Shown here piece after piece: positions 1 to 12,512 of a stretch of 47,186 bases of DNA. The stretch's first letter is position 1; every line of letters begins with the position of its first letter. The stretch comes from Atractiella rhizophila (lineage: Eukaryota), in the NCBI GenBank assembly GCA_021432655.1, contig MU271279.1:62001-109186 (forward strand), in the 5' to 3' direction. A program made the translations under genes and the position numbers. The notes beneath the pieces are model-generated. The model ran no database searches, was not told the DNA's origin, and was given only the letters and a program-made list of their open reading frames with translations.

Positions 1-240
1 AGCAGCTGCTTTAGGGCCAGCACTTCGACTTTCTAGCTTTCTCTATTATACCTGCACCTATATCTACGTCCAAAATGTCCATAGCTTCCATCCTTCTTCA
101 CCGCACATGTTTGCCGGACAAAGACTATGAAGACTAATCGTGACAATGGGGGTCAAGCAGGAAACAAGACACGGAATCACATGAGACTAACATCCAGTGC
201 TAAGTGAAAGATGTACACTCCCAACGAATCACATCTTACA

Positions 241-1270
241 TCACTCCTTCTTCCTCTTCTCCTCCACCTTAGCACCTTCACCCCCACTCCCACTTCCATA
301 ATAAATGACCTCTCCAAGTATAACCGCATTCAGCGCCGCCGCTGCAACGAAAGACCACCAAATGATCCTATCACCCGTCTCCTGCGCGGTCGTGAAGACT
401 CTAGCCAAACAACCGACGAGGGAATTGACGACGAGCCACGTGCTAAGTTGTCCCGCAGAGCGTTGTTGATAGATCGTACTGATCTGTGGGAGCTTCGAAG
501 AGAGCGAGAGAGGGATGGTGAAACCTAGTCCTGCGCGGAGGAGGGAGGGAGGGAGGAGGTGCAGTGTGAAGAGGGTGGGGAGGACGAGGAGGTAGGTTAG
601 GAGTGGGAGGGGACGGGAAGAGGGGGGAGTGTAGAGGAGGAGGAGGTAGAGGATTATCGCGTTCTGGTTTGAGTTGAGAAGTTAAGATGGGATTTGAGAG
701 CGAGAGAGTAAAGAACGCTTACTTGGAGTAGGAGGAAGAAGGATTCTCCATATGACACGAACGGGTGAGAGGAGGCGAGGTTGTACCCCACTGTGATGGC
801 AAGAGACGCCGTGTCTAGCGCGTCTGTGATACTTGCCACGTCAAAACAGTCTGTCAGCCATAGTAAGGAGAGAAGGCACACAAGAGCTAAATGAGAGTCC
901 CTTCGTGCTCCTACTCTTCAATATGTTCAAAATCTGAGGGACCTTGACTTTGAACGCAACGGGTCATAGAATCAGTAAATAAGTGTTGGGAAGTGGAGGA
1001 TGAGAAGCGCACCAATCGACCCTCCAGCAATGATTCCCACTCCTAACACCTTGCTAACAGCATGCTTCAGGCACTCTGGCTCTGGATTCACGTCCAAAAT
1101 AAGCGTTTTATAGCATTGGGGGCCGATTAGTGCTTCCCCAAGTTGCGGGATGGGGTAGGGGAGGGAGGAGGTCAGTTTCTGGCATAGAAAAAGGGTCAGT
1201 CCGTGCCTTTCGTCTGAATATAACTCACCTGGAGAAAGTTGAGGGACTCGGAGGTCGTAGGAGGGGCCAT
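241..1270 (-). CDS. MPDU1: Mannose-P-dolichol utilization defect 1-like PQ-loop membrane protein (multi-exon)
   Basis: Spliced minus-strand reading from ATG 1270 (MAPPTTSESLNFLQ|GTGAGT). Internal segments include SHPFVSYGESFFLLLQ|NAII and the PQ-loop SKLPQI. Ends AAALNAVILGEVIYYG...RKKE-TGA at 241-243. Confidence 0.85.
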
Positions 1271-1338
1271 TGTTGTTTCAAGTGAAGATGTTCCCTTGTG
1301 TTGGTGGCGGCGTGCGCTTCCGCAACCCGCGCAGGTGG

Positions 1339-1369
1339 ACGCGCGATAGCGCGCAAGATCGCGTCGCGT
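1339..1369. promoter_or_regulatory. Cluster of MCB-like (ACGCG/CGCGT) cores in the 180-bp divergent promoter of MPDU1/CDC8
   Basis: ACGCG 1339-1343, CGCGT 1360-1364 and 1365-1369, about 80-110 bp upstream of the thymidylate kinase ATG. Yeast CDC8 is a classical MCB/MBF target. Confidence 0.5.
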
Positions 1370-1450
1370 AACAGCATAAGTGGGTACACTGATCAACTGC
1401 TAGACAAACCACAGCTTCGTGCTTTGTATCACTAAGAAATAGTAAGAGCG

Positions 1451-2439
1451 ATGCGTGGAAGGTTCATTGTCTTTGAGGGTTTAGATCGGTCTGGAAAGTC
1501 AAGCCAGTCTGAGCTGCTCAAAGCCAGACTGGAAGAGGAGGATAAAACTGTCCAATTGCTCAAATTTCCAGGTGTGATTTCTTCACGAGATCGGTGATAA
1601 TCAGTTTATTATACACAAATATCTACAGATATTTTTGGCCACCTCTTTTTGGAGAATGAGTTTACTATCGTCCCTCAGTGATAAGATGTTTTCGTGGCTT
1701 TGCTTTCGGTTTCCGTTCTTATGTATAGCCTCATCCGTATCTGAAACAGTTCAAAGTACTAAATCACATCTTCTTTTGATTGCTAGTGCTTATACTCGAG
1801 TATATCGAAGTTCTAGGCGTAGATTTTCACTTTAGGCTGATTGTCATGGACAGCGAAATTGTGCTCACACCATCATTGACGTAGATCGTACCACTCCAAT
1901 CGGAACTCTCATCAACTCCTACCTCCTCTCCAAGTCTAACTTATCAGATGAATCCATACATCTCCTCTTCTCTGCAAATCGATGGGAGAAAGCGTGAGCT
2001 TCTTCCTGTAGATCCTGCCATCACTTGCCTGACATCGTTCAGTGAGAGCATCCAACAAACTCTTTCTGCAGGAACTTGGATAATCGCAGATCGATATTGT
2101 TTCTCCGGCATAGCATTTACTGCTGCCAAGGGCCTTTCGATCGAGTGGTGTCGTTCTCCAGATGTAGGACTACCAGCTCCTGACCTGACGCTTTTCCTGG
2201 ACTTGACGGCTGAGGCAGCGGAGCAGCGTGGCGGATATGGTGAGGAGCGGTACGAGAAGAAGGAGATGCAACGGAAAGTAAAGGAGCATTTTGAGGCACT
2301 TGGTAAGGAGGAAGGAGAGCGGTGGAAAGTTATCGATGCCGATGGAAACAGAGAAGAAGTGAAGGGGAAGATCTGGAATGCTGTGAGATATCTGATGGAC
2401 GTAGATGGAGGAATTGAAATCAGAAAAATGTGGCAGTGA
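1451..2439 (+). CDS. CDC8: Thymidylate kinase (dTMP kinase), 3 exons
   Basis: [20 protein letters not shown]-loop from ATG 1451. Intron 1572-1884 joins KFP-DRTTPIG, followed by [36 protein letters not shown] and GGYGEERYE. Confidence 0.95.
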
Positions 2440-2494
2440 AGAAACTGGCGGTATCATAGACTCGCGTCGTCATCGAGAACTGGAAGTGTGAACA

Positions 2495-3745
2495 TTAAGT
2501 TTGCGTGCAGCAGGCATCTGGCGGCGAACCTTTGCAAAAAATAAAGCTAGTCCCATTCCCCCCAAACACTCGTTCTATGTGCGCTCTCTCCTCGTCGATC
2601 TTCAGCCGTCTTGGCTCCCGTATCGACTCCAGTCCTTCCACACCGAGATTTCCATGCTCATTCCATCCCCATCCCCACACTTGTCCGTCAGTGCTTGATA
2701 CAAGTAGGTGCTCGCTCCCAGCATTGAAGTCTGCGACGAAAGATGAGATGTTGATGCGAATAGGGTCCATGGCACGAGAAATGGATGAAGGAATCACTGT
2801 AGAGGAAGGGTGAGATCTTGGAAGTTGGCCATGCGTGTCGATTCCCCAGCCGAAGATTTGGGTATTGTTCTTATCATGGAGATAAGTGCCGTTCCAGGTG
2901 CAAAACAGGCGATAAGTCGAACTCGGAATCTTTAGAACAGACTGCTCGCCTGGTTTTTGCTCGAACCCATCCTCCTTGTGTCCAAGTTGATTACGACGTC
3001 CGCTTCCTAAAGAGAGCACGGACATTTCTTGTTCCCAGTAGAGGAGAATAGCAGAATGATCTTTTCCTACCGCCAGGTCCAAGACAGCAGATGATGCTCC
3101 CAAATCTATGGTTCGCGGAAGGGGGATAACCGACTCTTTGGAACCCAGCTGCCCATGCCGTGATGCTCCCCAGCCAACCAGTACTTGAGAACCCCCGAGA
3201 GACAGCAAACAAAGACTGTGTCGTACGCCACATGATAACCTCTCGATCTTTCTGGGATATGTATCTTGTTCAATGTGCGAGAAATCAACCTCACCGCAAA
3301 GCTGAGGTTCAGTTGCTTTGCGTCCTAGTTCGCCAAAAGCGTTTTCCCCTCCCCAAGAAACCAGACGATCGTCTTTTGTCTCATCCTTAGATGAAAGCAC
3401 GACAAATTTAGTTTCCCAACAACATCCCACGGACGCAACGTCGTATTCTGCGGCACTGGAATCAATGGACCCAAAAATTTCTTGCAGACGCATCTTCCTG
3501 AACACTTTCTCGTCTTCTAACTGGCCAGGTTCCATCGATGATCCAGCGAACCAGATCTCCTTCTTTCCCTCAAAATTGAGGAGGATCATAGTTCCATTCG
3601 TACTCGATGCAAAACTTTCGACTTTCAATGGCAAATTTGAAGGCAGACCTCGAAAGACGCAAGGAAAGAAAGCAGCGCATTCTTCCGCATTTGAACCAAC
3701 TCCAAGCTGGCCTTTGAGATTCGAGCCCGCAGCAAAGACTTTCAT
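2495..3745 (-). CDS. RCC1/BLIP-II beta-propeller protein (ATS1/KTI13- or secretion-regulating GEF-like)
   Basis: 416-aa ORF with RCC1 repeats: AAGSNLKGQLG, SCGVRHSL..GWGASRHGQLG, AGSEHLL..VWGWGWNEHGNLG. Confidence 0.85.
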   Translation of the reverse strand: MKVFAAGSNLKGQLGVGSNAEECAAFFPCVFRGLPSNLPLKVESFASSTNGTMILLNFEGKKEIWFAGSSMEPGQLEDEKVFRKMRLQEIFGSIDSSAAEYDVASVGCCWETKFVVLSSKDETKDDRLVSWGGENAFGELGRKATEPQLCGEVDFSHIEQDTYPRKIERLSCGVRHSLCLLSLGGSQVLVGWGASRHGQLGSKESVIPLPRTIDLGASSAVLDLAVGKDHSAILLYWEQEMSVLSLGSGRRNQLGHKEDGFEQKPGEQSVLKIPSSTYRLFCTWNGTYLHDKNNTQIFGWGIDTHGQLPRSHPSSTVIPSSISRAMDPIRINISSFVADFNAGSEHLLVSSTDGQVWGWGWNEHGNLGVEGLESIREPRRLKIDEERAHIERVFGGNGTSFIFCKGSPPDACCTQT

Positions 3746-5586
3746 GTCATCGAGTAAAAGTGTTCGTGGTTCTCTCTCCTGCTTGAGACTCTAATGGCCA
3801 CGTGATTTACAACAACAACAACAAATCTGCAATCATTGCAATGTTGGAATCGAAAGCTAAAGACAATGATATTTCAGGGATCTCAGCCCCAGTACAAGAG
3901 TGGTCCTTGTCACTCATTCCAGTTATATATAGTCCAAGCATTATCGGCTAGCTTTGACAAGGAATAATTTGAAACGTTCAGCTTACTTTACTTTGGTTGC
4001 CTCTTAAGTGACTCCTCAGAACGCTCCAAAGAGCATACGTATACGTATCTTCTTTTTGCTTTTTCTTTATCTGGTGTAATTGTTTTATGAATTCTGACGC
4101 CTGAGCACTTGTTGAAACTCTAGGATTGCCTTTGCTCGTTTTCATGCCAACCACATTTGTCTTCTCAGACCCTGTGGAAGTTCGAAGATGAGATTTTCAG
4201 GTTAGGGAGGCAAATGTTAATGTACAAGACTTGGTTCCACGCGCCCAAGGCATCTATTCCAAATCAGATCGATACTTATCGATATTGCTCTGAATGCTTT
4301 GTTGAATGCGGCAGCGGTGAAAGCCCTCGTCCGTGCCAGGGAAGTGGATCGGCGCCTTCGATAATCCAGTTTTGTGGACCTTGGAAGATATGCGGCGTGC
4401 TGTATTCTTCCATTTGGTATCAGATCAGTCATACGGCATTTCCACGGCTCATCATGCAGGTGAAGGCGGTGCTTCCTAGATCTTGAGGAACATTTGACAT
4501 ATCCAAAGTCGATGAGCGGTAATCAGGATTTGAAGGTGGCGCCGAATTGAAGAAAACCTAGTATAGTTTTGATGTTTTGCGAAAAGTGACGGCAAGGGAA
4601 TGTGGTTTCGCCTGGCCACCAAGCAAGTGTAAATGTCAGGGTAGGTCGCCGTAGAGCAACTTCAGTAAAATCACCGCTGATATGGACGGCATTGGATGCA
4701 TGGGGACTAGCGTTTAATCGTCATATCAAAATGTTGTTCGGCAAGAGGTGGAGACACATGGTGAATGGTATAACCCTTACGTGTCTCAGAATGCTCCAAC
4801 AGAATATTCGAATATAACTGCTTTTGCTATGTGAACTGAAGGAGTATGCAGATTTGACCGCGTTGCACTTCGAGTGCTTTGTTAACACCAGAAGTGGAAA
4901 GTCTGGCATTTAATCTCAGGGAAAATAGTTCCCTTCTTCTAATGTGTTTAACATTGGCGACACTGGCCCTGCACTGACACTAGCAGGATCTATGGTCTAC
5001 AGTCGGGTAAACTCCTTGAGGAGAGGTTTATGAATGACAAATATGGGGGATGAGATTATGGTGTAGATGTAAGAGGGTATCCATTGGTCTATTTATCGAC
5101 TACACGGAAAACCTGGATGATCTGCCTTCGTCCTTGCAGATGGCACTCAGGACAGCACCTGAATCACTGGCTCTCTGCTACTCATATTCAAGTTGAAGGG
5201 TGACATTTCTCAATTGCAAAGGAGCCCATGCGTTCCCAATGAGAGAAGGAGAGATCACACCTTCACCAAGGAATGACGATTTCGCATCCCTTTCTCCTCC
5301 AAACGAGCTTCAGCCTCTCGTTGCTGAAAGATACCAAAGGTTTGTCGATTTGGAGGAGTATTGGTGGATTGTGGGGGTAGACAGAAAAATCCCCGCGGCT
5401 AATTTTCTTTAAAGGCCAAAAACCGCTTATCAGTTGAACGCGTGGTCCTTATCAGCAGCCATTTGAATGAATGCCCAAAAGTGCGCACCGTGAAAAGTCC
5501 CTTCAAACCACCTACAAAGCTCCAATTAGACGGCCAACAGCTGACTCTTCAGCTCAGACGAGGATTCCCAAGACTCGCAAGACGAT

Positions 5587-8500
5587 ATGACGACCCATCA
5601 GATAACCAGACCTGGCCCTGGTGTCCAAGTTCCGCTGCAAGGAGGCGTCCAGGTCAGCTTCGTCCGTCGTCCTGGCCACCACTCACACACCCACCGTCCG
5701 CACCCTCTCCCTGCATTCCCAGCCCAACCTCCAACCGCGTCTACGTCCAATTCCCCATCCACGAGCGCTGGTGCCGCGATCGGTGCCGAGAAAAGTGGGA
5801 CCAGCACTTACCGCGATCTGACCTATCAATCGTTGCCGTCAGGGAGGGTCTACGTCGCGCATCCTCATCAGCACCCTCATTCAAGGCTTGGACACATCCC
5901 TGGACCCAGAATTATTGGTGGTCCAGCTGGTCTTGCAGTGAATCCGATTTTGCGGGTGCAACAACCGAGTGGGGTCAAAAGAAAAGTTGGGGAGATGGCA
6001 GCTGCTAATGGGAATGGCAGCGCTGCTAACGGCAATGGGAAGAAGAGTAAATCAAAATCCAAGGAAAGGGAGAGGGAGAGGGACGAGGGAGAGGAGGAGA
6101 GACCAAGCAAAAAGATCAAAATTGGAGCGAGAGGTTCGTCTTTTTTTTGTTGTTTTAGATGGATGGATGGAAAGTGATGGCTCCCTTCGACTCGTGATGG
6201 ATCATAGCTAGCATTGGTATGTACAGTCAGCATTTGGGGAGTCAGTGCATTGAAAGAGGTCACAGCATGCACCACATGTAGAAAACGCAAGGTCAGGTGT
6301 TCAGGGGACTTTCCGAGTTTGTCCTTTTCTTCTTTCCAACAGTGTCCTCGTCATCTTACCTGCTTTTCAGTATGCGCATTCTGCACGACCAAGTCTCTGC
6401 CTTGCACATACGAGGGACACCCAGCTCAATACGCGTCCACGTTGACCGATCCATCAAAGCCGGTCTCCTCAACAGCGGGATATCTCAACCCACTCTCCGC
6501 TCTACAGCACCCGGCATTTTCCGTCCCCCTTCCACCCACGCCTGCTCTCGTCGAGGCACTCGAAGCATTCGAACAACACTTCCACCAAACTGGATTGTTC
6601 ACCTTCTTCAACACATCCACCTTGTTGCAGGATATTCAAGCGGGCGAGATACCCCGAGAAGTGATCTTCTCCATACTCGCTCTCTCAGCTAGGTTCGCTC
6701 CTACACTTGCAGCCAATTACACTTCCTCTTTCGCCTCGGCAGCGGCAGCGGCAGCCGCCAACGCTGGCACTTCAACTCCTGCGACAGCCGCACTACAGGC
6801 TGGCTCACACCTCGCCTCCCTCGCATCGTCTATAATCGACCAGACCCCGAACGTCGTCTCCGTCCATCGCTGCCAAGCCAACCTGCTATTGGGGCTGCAC
6901 GACTATCTAGAAGGGGAGGAAGTGCGTGGGTTCATGCGTCTCGGGACTGGGATACGGATGACCCAAGTCTTGAGACTGAGCTTCGAAGACGATTGTCCGG
7001 GAGAAGGAAGCGTTCCTCATCCTCTTGGAGCTGGAGGTGGAAATGGGACCGGAAAGGCGTTCATGAACTCTGAGATGCGTCGGAGGACTTTCTGGAGCGC
7101 CTATCTCCTAGATAGATTACTGTGTGCTAGGGATAGACCAGTGACCATTCGAGAGGCGAATACGAGGTTTGTAAGGATGCCTTGTGAGGATGAGGAGTAT
7201 TCGAACGGTGCTCTCAATGGCACGCCAGGCGATGGGCCGGACGGAGAAGGAGAAGGAGGACAGCCACCAAGATTGAGAAAGGTGGAAGAGTGGGGCAGCA
7301 TGTGTTTCCTCGAAGAACGGGGAAAAGAGAGGGACTGCGATCTCTATGGATTTCTGTTGAGGATAGCAGACTTCTGGAGTGACGTTGCCACCTATATCGG
7401 GCAGGGAGGGCACACAATGGATCGTCGTGGTCCCTGGACGAGGCAATCGTCATTCTATGTCCTAAGCGAGAGGTTGAGGGGATGGTGGGATTCTCTACCA
7501 CCAGAGATGCGACTGAACGAAACAAATTTTGTCCGATACAATGGGGAGAAGAAGGGTCGATTGTTCGCCGTCATGCATCTCGTTTACTTCTGCTCACTCA
7601 TCTATCTCCACCGTGACTTCCTCCCTTTCGCTCCCCTCCCAGGATACGATCCACGGGACGGACCTATCGACGTCGCGCTTGTGGATCAGGATGCACCAAA
7701 CGGGTGGTGGGAAGATAGCTTGCGGGAAGTCACAAGTGCGAGTACGGCGGTCACGGACCTATTCTCGCTCCTCGAACGCCACAACACCGCTCTCGCCCAT
7801 ATCTTCGGCGGATTCACAGTACTTACTGCAGGCTCGATGCACGCTTACATGCTCTTCTGCCCCCTTCCCTTCCCCGAAGCATCCCCCTCTCCTCCCCAAG
7901 AGCACAACGTAGAGATCGAGTCGGAGGATTTGAGCGAATACCTGTTGCGCGACATGCGCTTCCTTGAGGAAATGAGGAGAGTCTTCAATATTGGAAAAGG
8001 GTGGTGTAACTCCCTCATATCCTACTTCGAGCTGTTAGCCAACTCTTCTGGCGTGCTGAACGATAAAGAAAAGAAAAAGGACGCTATGTCCGTATTTAAA
8101 CTCAGACAAGGAATTGTAAAATTGCTGAGGAGCTCGAGGGAGGAAGATGAGTTGACAGAAGAAGCAGGGAAGAAGAAGGTGTCTCGGTCTGACAGAGGTG
8201 GATCGACTACTGAAGGGGATCTAAAGGAAAGGGAGGTGGACGGGAAGGGGGAGGAGAAGGAGAAGCGTGACTTGAAAGCTTTATTAGCGGCGACGAGTGG
8301 CGCGAGAAAGCAGTTGGAGATGCAAGAACGGGAACAAGCAGCGTTGAGGAGGTCGGGCAGCGTCCAGTCTTCCGTTCCTTCGGCGGCTTCGATGCCAGCC
8401 ACACCTACCATGCAAGCGCTCAAATCCGATCCCCCATCCACTTCTTCCAACCCTTCTTCACTGCCTATAGACGCTCTAATCCCTTCCGATCCTCATTCTC

Positions 8501-8853
8501 ACATTCCCGTCTCCTCCGCTTCTTACCTTACCTCGATACCAACTCCTAGCGCTGTCGCAGGTCTTTACGACAACAGTCAGTTCTGGGGGCCTACGGCTGG
8601 GATATACGATGATCCCCTCCTCACCTTGGGAGGATTTGGACTCGCTGATTTCAATAATTCGCAATGGCAATCAACGTTTGGGATGCTGGGAGGGTATGGT
8701 ATGGGGATGGGGATGGGAGGATTGGGAATGGGCGCAACGGGAGGAATGGGAGGGTACGATTATAATCCATTCGCAAATGTCATGGGCACGGGTGGATGGG
8801 GAACGGGTACTTTGGATATGTTGCAGTTGGGATTGGAGGAGGAGCAGCGTTGA
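5587..8853 (+). CDS. Zn(II)2Cys6 fungal transcription factor with fungal-specific TF middle domain
   Basis: Splicing out 6134-6207, 6217-6265 and 6317-6370 yields RASIACTTCRKRKVRCSGDFPICAFCTTKSLPC, the canonical Cx2Cx6Cx6Cx2Cx6C spacing. The middle region has EMRRRTFWSAYLLDR and a basic NLS lies upstream of the cluster. Confidence 0.9.
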
Positions 8854-9384
8854 AGTTGAGTCGGATCAATCGTCTTCTGTGCGGCTTTCGACATTGACAG
8901 CATTCTTTTGCTGTTCCCCTTTCAGTTCAAAGCAAAAATGGTGATCAATGTGTTGTTGTATGAACTTTTCTTGGGACCTTCCGTTAACTGAACTGTACTC
9001 TTTATTCGTATTTTGTGAACATGTATCATTTACTCCAAAATCAAATAAACATGGATGAAATGGATCAAAGAGCCGCATCAGCCTCTCGTTATATTAGCAA
9101 AAAGTCGACCTTCGAGCCACCTATGCCAGAGTTGGCTCACCGTCATCATGTCATCATCTTTCAAGATGTGATCGAACAGCCGTTTCTGCGGTGAGTTGGT
9201 GGGATTCCGGTTTCTTTCCTCGATCCTCAATGACTGTTTCCTTTTTTTGGAATCTAAGGGGAATTGTCTCGCATCTCTGCCATCAACCCAACAATGGAGG
9301 GTGACAATTTCTAAGTTCAAGCTCATAGTATTTGGTTATGGCCGGCATTCAACTAACGTCCTGATGCCGCTTCTCACTAAGCAT

Positions 9385-9765
9385 CATTCGCCCCTTGCAG
9401 GATTTAGACTCGGACTCGACGATTACAATGATTCGCCCTGGTAATGATGTTTGATTTCTGCAATGGTGTGCGGTAGTGGTATGGTATGGGTTGGCGACAT
9501 AGGACGAATGGGCGGGGACGAGTATAATTCGTTCGCAAATATCAAGTGGTCGTGTTTAGGGGATACTGCAGATGGGGTTGCAGGATGAGCAGTGTTGAGT
9601 CAGATCAATCGTCAGTTGTGTTGGCTCTGGACATTACTGCAACAACATTATTTCGCTGGTTCCCTTCAGCTCAAAACGTGATTAATGTGTTGTATGAACT
9701 TTTCTTGGGAGCTTTCGTCGGCTGAACTCGCTATTTCGCAAAGATGTGTCATTACTCCAAAATAA
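9385..9765 (+). repeat. Decayed direct copy of the 3' end and 3' UTR of the Zn2Cys6 gene (source ~8615-9055)
   Basis: Shared collinear blocks: ggtatggtatggg, tataat..ttcgcaaat, gagcag.gttga, gatcaatcgtc, tgtatgaacttttcttggga, ttactccaaaat. Confidence 0.85.
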
Positions 9766-10554
9766 GTGGTGCATAAAAACAGTGTAAGTGTCCCTTGGAA
9801 CACGCTGCTCTGCGTTCCTTTTCGTTCCACCACTCAAGTTCAGGAACAACTTTCGGATGAAATCCGCAGCATACATTGGCGAACAGCGAAAATCAAGCAA
9901 GAAGAATTGGTCATTTCAAGGCTCTGACACAATTCATCAGCGATTTCAATTAGACTGTCTGTCAATTTGCGCACAATGGTTGTCTCGTTCCAGTGACAGG
10001 GGAACTTAGTTCCCTATTACGCAGCTGGCTAATCCACGCCGCGCCGGGAAGGAAGGACATCTTGCTCTGAGCAAGACATCGGGGCTACGGGGACCTTCGA
10101 CAAAAAATGCGCACCATTGACCAACAGTTCAACTCAACTTCTCGTCAGCTAACGAGCGAAACCAGCTGTTTAGGAGAGTGATGGACTCTCCGCCCTTCTC
10201 ATCTGTCCTTCTCGGCGATGCGATCAGAGACCTGGATAGATGATCATCCGCAGGACTTCCGCTAGGAACTTGTTGTCGCTCACGCCATTCTTCCATTATT
10301 ACCTAAGTGCCTCGTCCTCGGAAGAGCGGAAGGAGGTGTTTGAAGCGAACGGGCAAATGGTACAGTGTTGTCCGGTGTTGGCGTTGATCGATCATTACAG
10401 CCAGTCTAGTCGCAGGATATAAATCGAGGATCATGCAAGCGCCAATTCCCACTTCGTTCTCTCTCTTTGTAGCTTTTTCTATCACGTATCCAAATACCCT
10501 AGAAGTACAGTAATATCGTCAGGGATCGCCTTCCTCCAACACATTCCTTCTACA

Positions 10555-12273
10555 ATGAAACCTCTCTCCATTCCTGCCCTTGCCGCACTGTTGGCAGTTG
10601 CGAAAGCTCAGCTTAACAATGTCAGAGGGGTAACCTATGGAACCGAAGGGATTCCCGACACAGTTTCCATCGATTCTAGTCTTTCCGCTACCGTAGACAA
10701 AGTGTGCCTCCTTTCTTTCTCCTGTAGCAAAATAAATAATGTCGGCAGGTCTACAATGTTCTCCGCCAAGTCGCCGCGCACAGTTGGGAATGGGGAGGTC
10801 CGTGTTCTCGTCTCATTTGCCCCCAAGCCAGTAACAGATGGATGTACGGATGCAGCTCAAGCAGAAGTAGCCACCGAAGCTTTCTACCCAGAACTCGACG
10901 TCTTCTCTCGCCAATGCCCATTTCCCCTCTGCTCTTCTGAGAACGCAACTTTCGACGGTACGGTCCCCACGGAGCTGTTTGCCATCTTGGACCCCATTTT
11001 GGCGCAGAGGACTCCAGGAATGCTGCCCATCGTGAACGGAGATGGAGCAGCAGGAGACCCCGCTAGTTTAGGTGCAGCTTTGCTTCGCGCCACTCGAAAA
11101 CTCACTAACTATGACGCTAGGTATCGCTGCAGTTCTTTGTGGAAGGACGACACCGGGGGATAACGCCAGCTATTACATCCAACCCGCGGTGGATCAGCTC
11201 GATTTCCTCCTCAACGACGTACCAAGATACACCGTACGGCTCTTTCCCTCCCCTTTTCTTAGCACACTAATTAATGTCACGGGATGGCTGAAGAACGGCG
11301 CGATTTCTCATCGTGAAGCTCAAGTCCAGTTATGGGCTGATAACCTCTACATGGCCCCTCCTTTCATTGCATATAAAGGAGTCTTACGCGGCAACTTTTC
11401 TCTTGTCCAGCTGGCCTTTGAGCAGTTCACGGACTACAACGAAGTGCTCGGGGATGAAGAGCTGAAGCTTTGGCATCATATCAGGCTTGGAGATACGAGC
11501 AATGGAGGTGCTTTGGACGAGGGGTTGTGGTCCACGTTCGGCTTCCTCCCTCCATACAGGCCACGTTCACTGATATTGGAATGCACTGGAATAGCGGAAA
11601 TGGTTGGGCTCTGGCTGGCGCAATGCGCATTCTCGCTACTGCAAGGCATCTTCCTCGCTCCTACCGGCGCCAGACGAAGGCGCTAGAGGCCAATATGACC
11701 GCTATAGCTTCTGGGATGTTTGACAACGCCTGGTCCTTCCAAGATATTGAGACGGCGCTCTTACCCAACTACTTCAATAGCACTGAAGGTTTGTTGTTTC
11801 CTACCCGTCTGGATGAAGCAATGAGTGTTTACGTTTAATTGGACGTGGCAGCGAAAGCTTTCCTTGAAGCTACTGGAACAGCCATGATTACTGCTGCAAC
11901 TTATCGATATGCCCAATTGACAGGAGACATAAGCTATATCCCTTTCGGTTCGCCATTCCCTCCGTTTTCTTCCTTGCCCAACGAATCGCAATATTGATGA
12001 ACATATGTTAAACTCGAACAGCTGAAAGAGCCTTCTTTGCCATTATCGAGAATAATATCGATCCGGACACAGGCATCCTGAGTCCAGTCGTCAATCCACT
12101 TGGTCCGTCTCCCCATTCTGTATTGTGCGTTTGGACTATCTGACTCAAATGGTTCTGCAGGTTGGGGAGATCATCAGCCTCTTGATAGCAACAGCGCTTC
12201 GCCCGAAGGTCAGGCGGCCGTTATTGCAATGATTTCAGCGAGGAACGATTGGAAGAAGAAGCCTTGGGAATAA
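10555..12273 (+). CDS. Secreted six-hairpin glycosidase, GH88/GH105-like (unsaturated glycuronyl hydrolase-like), multi-exon
   Basis: Signal peptide MKPLSIPALAALLAVAKA. Motifs HSWEWG, DGAAGDPASLG, GAISHREAQVQLWADNLYMAPPFIAY, GNGWALAG and SPEGQAAVI. Stop TAA at 12271-12273. Confidence 0.8.
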
Positions 12274-12512
12274 ACTTGTCGTCGTGGCTTTAAGCATGAA
12301 TACATCTGCTCCAGCTTCGAGAAAAGTACTGTCGTCGCTCTTTGATATAGGACATGCTTGCCTGTTGTAGCCAACAGGATTGTTGCGCAGATTTATCTAT
12401 TTCTATTTTATACAGAACCTGTTCCAAGGCATTTTGTGAGAATCAGCAAACAACAGAGCAAACTCAGAATTTTCCCAGGCACAGTGAGACCCAGACTCTG
12501 ACCTCTGACCCT

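Noticed and set aside
211..528. 105-aa plus-strand ORF
   Set aside because: Antisense shadow of the MPDU1 last exon.
500..660. Strong G/A-rich tract resembling a G-quadruplex or triplex element
   Set aside because: It is the antisense of Leu/Pro-rich transmembrane codons (CTC/CCC) in the MPDU1 exon.
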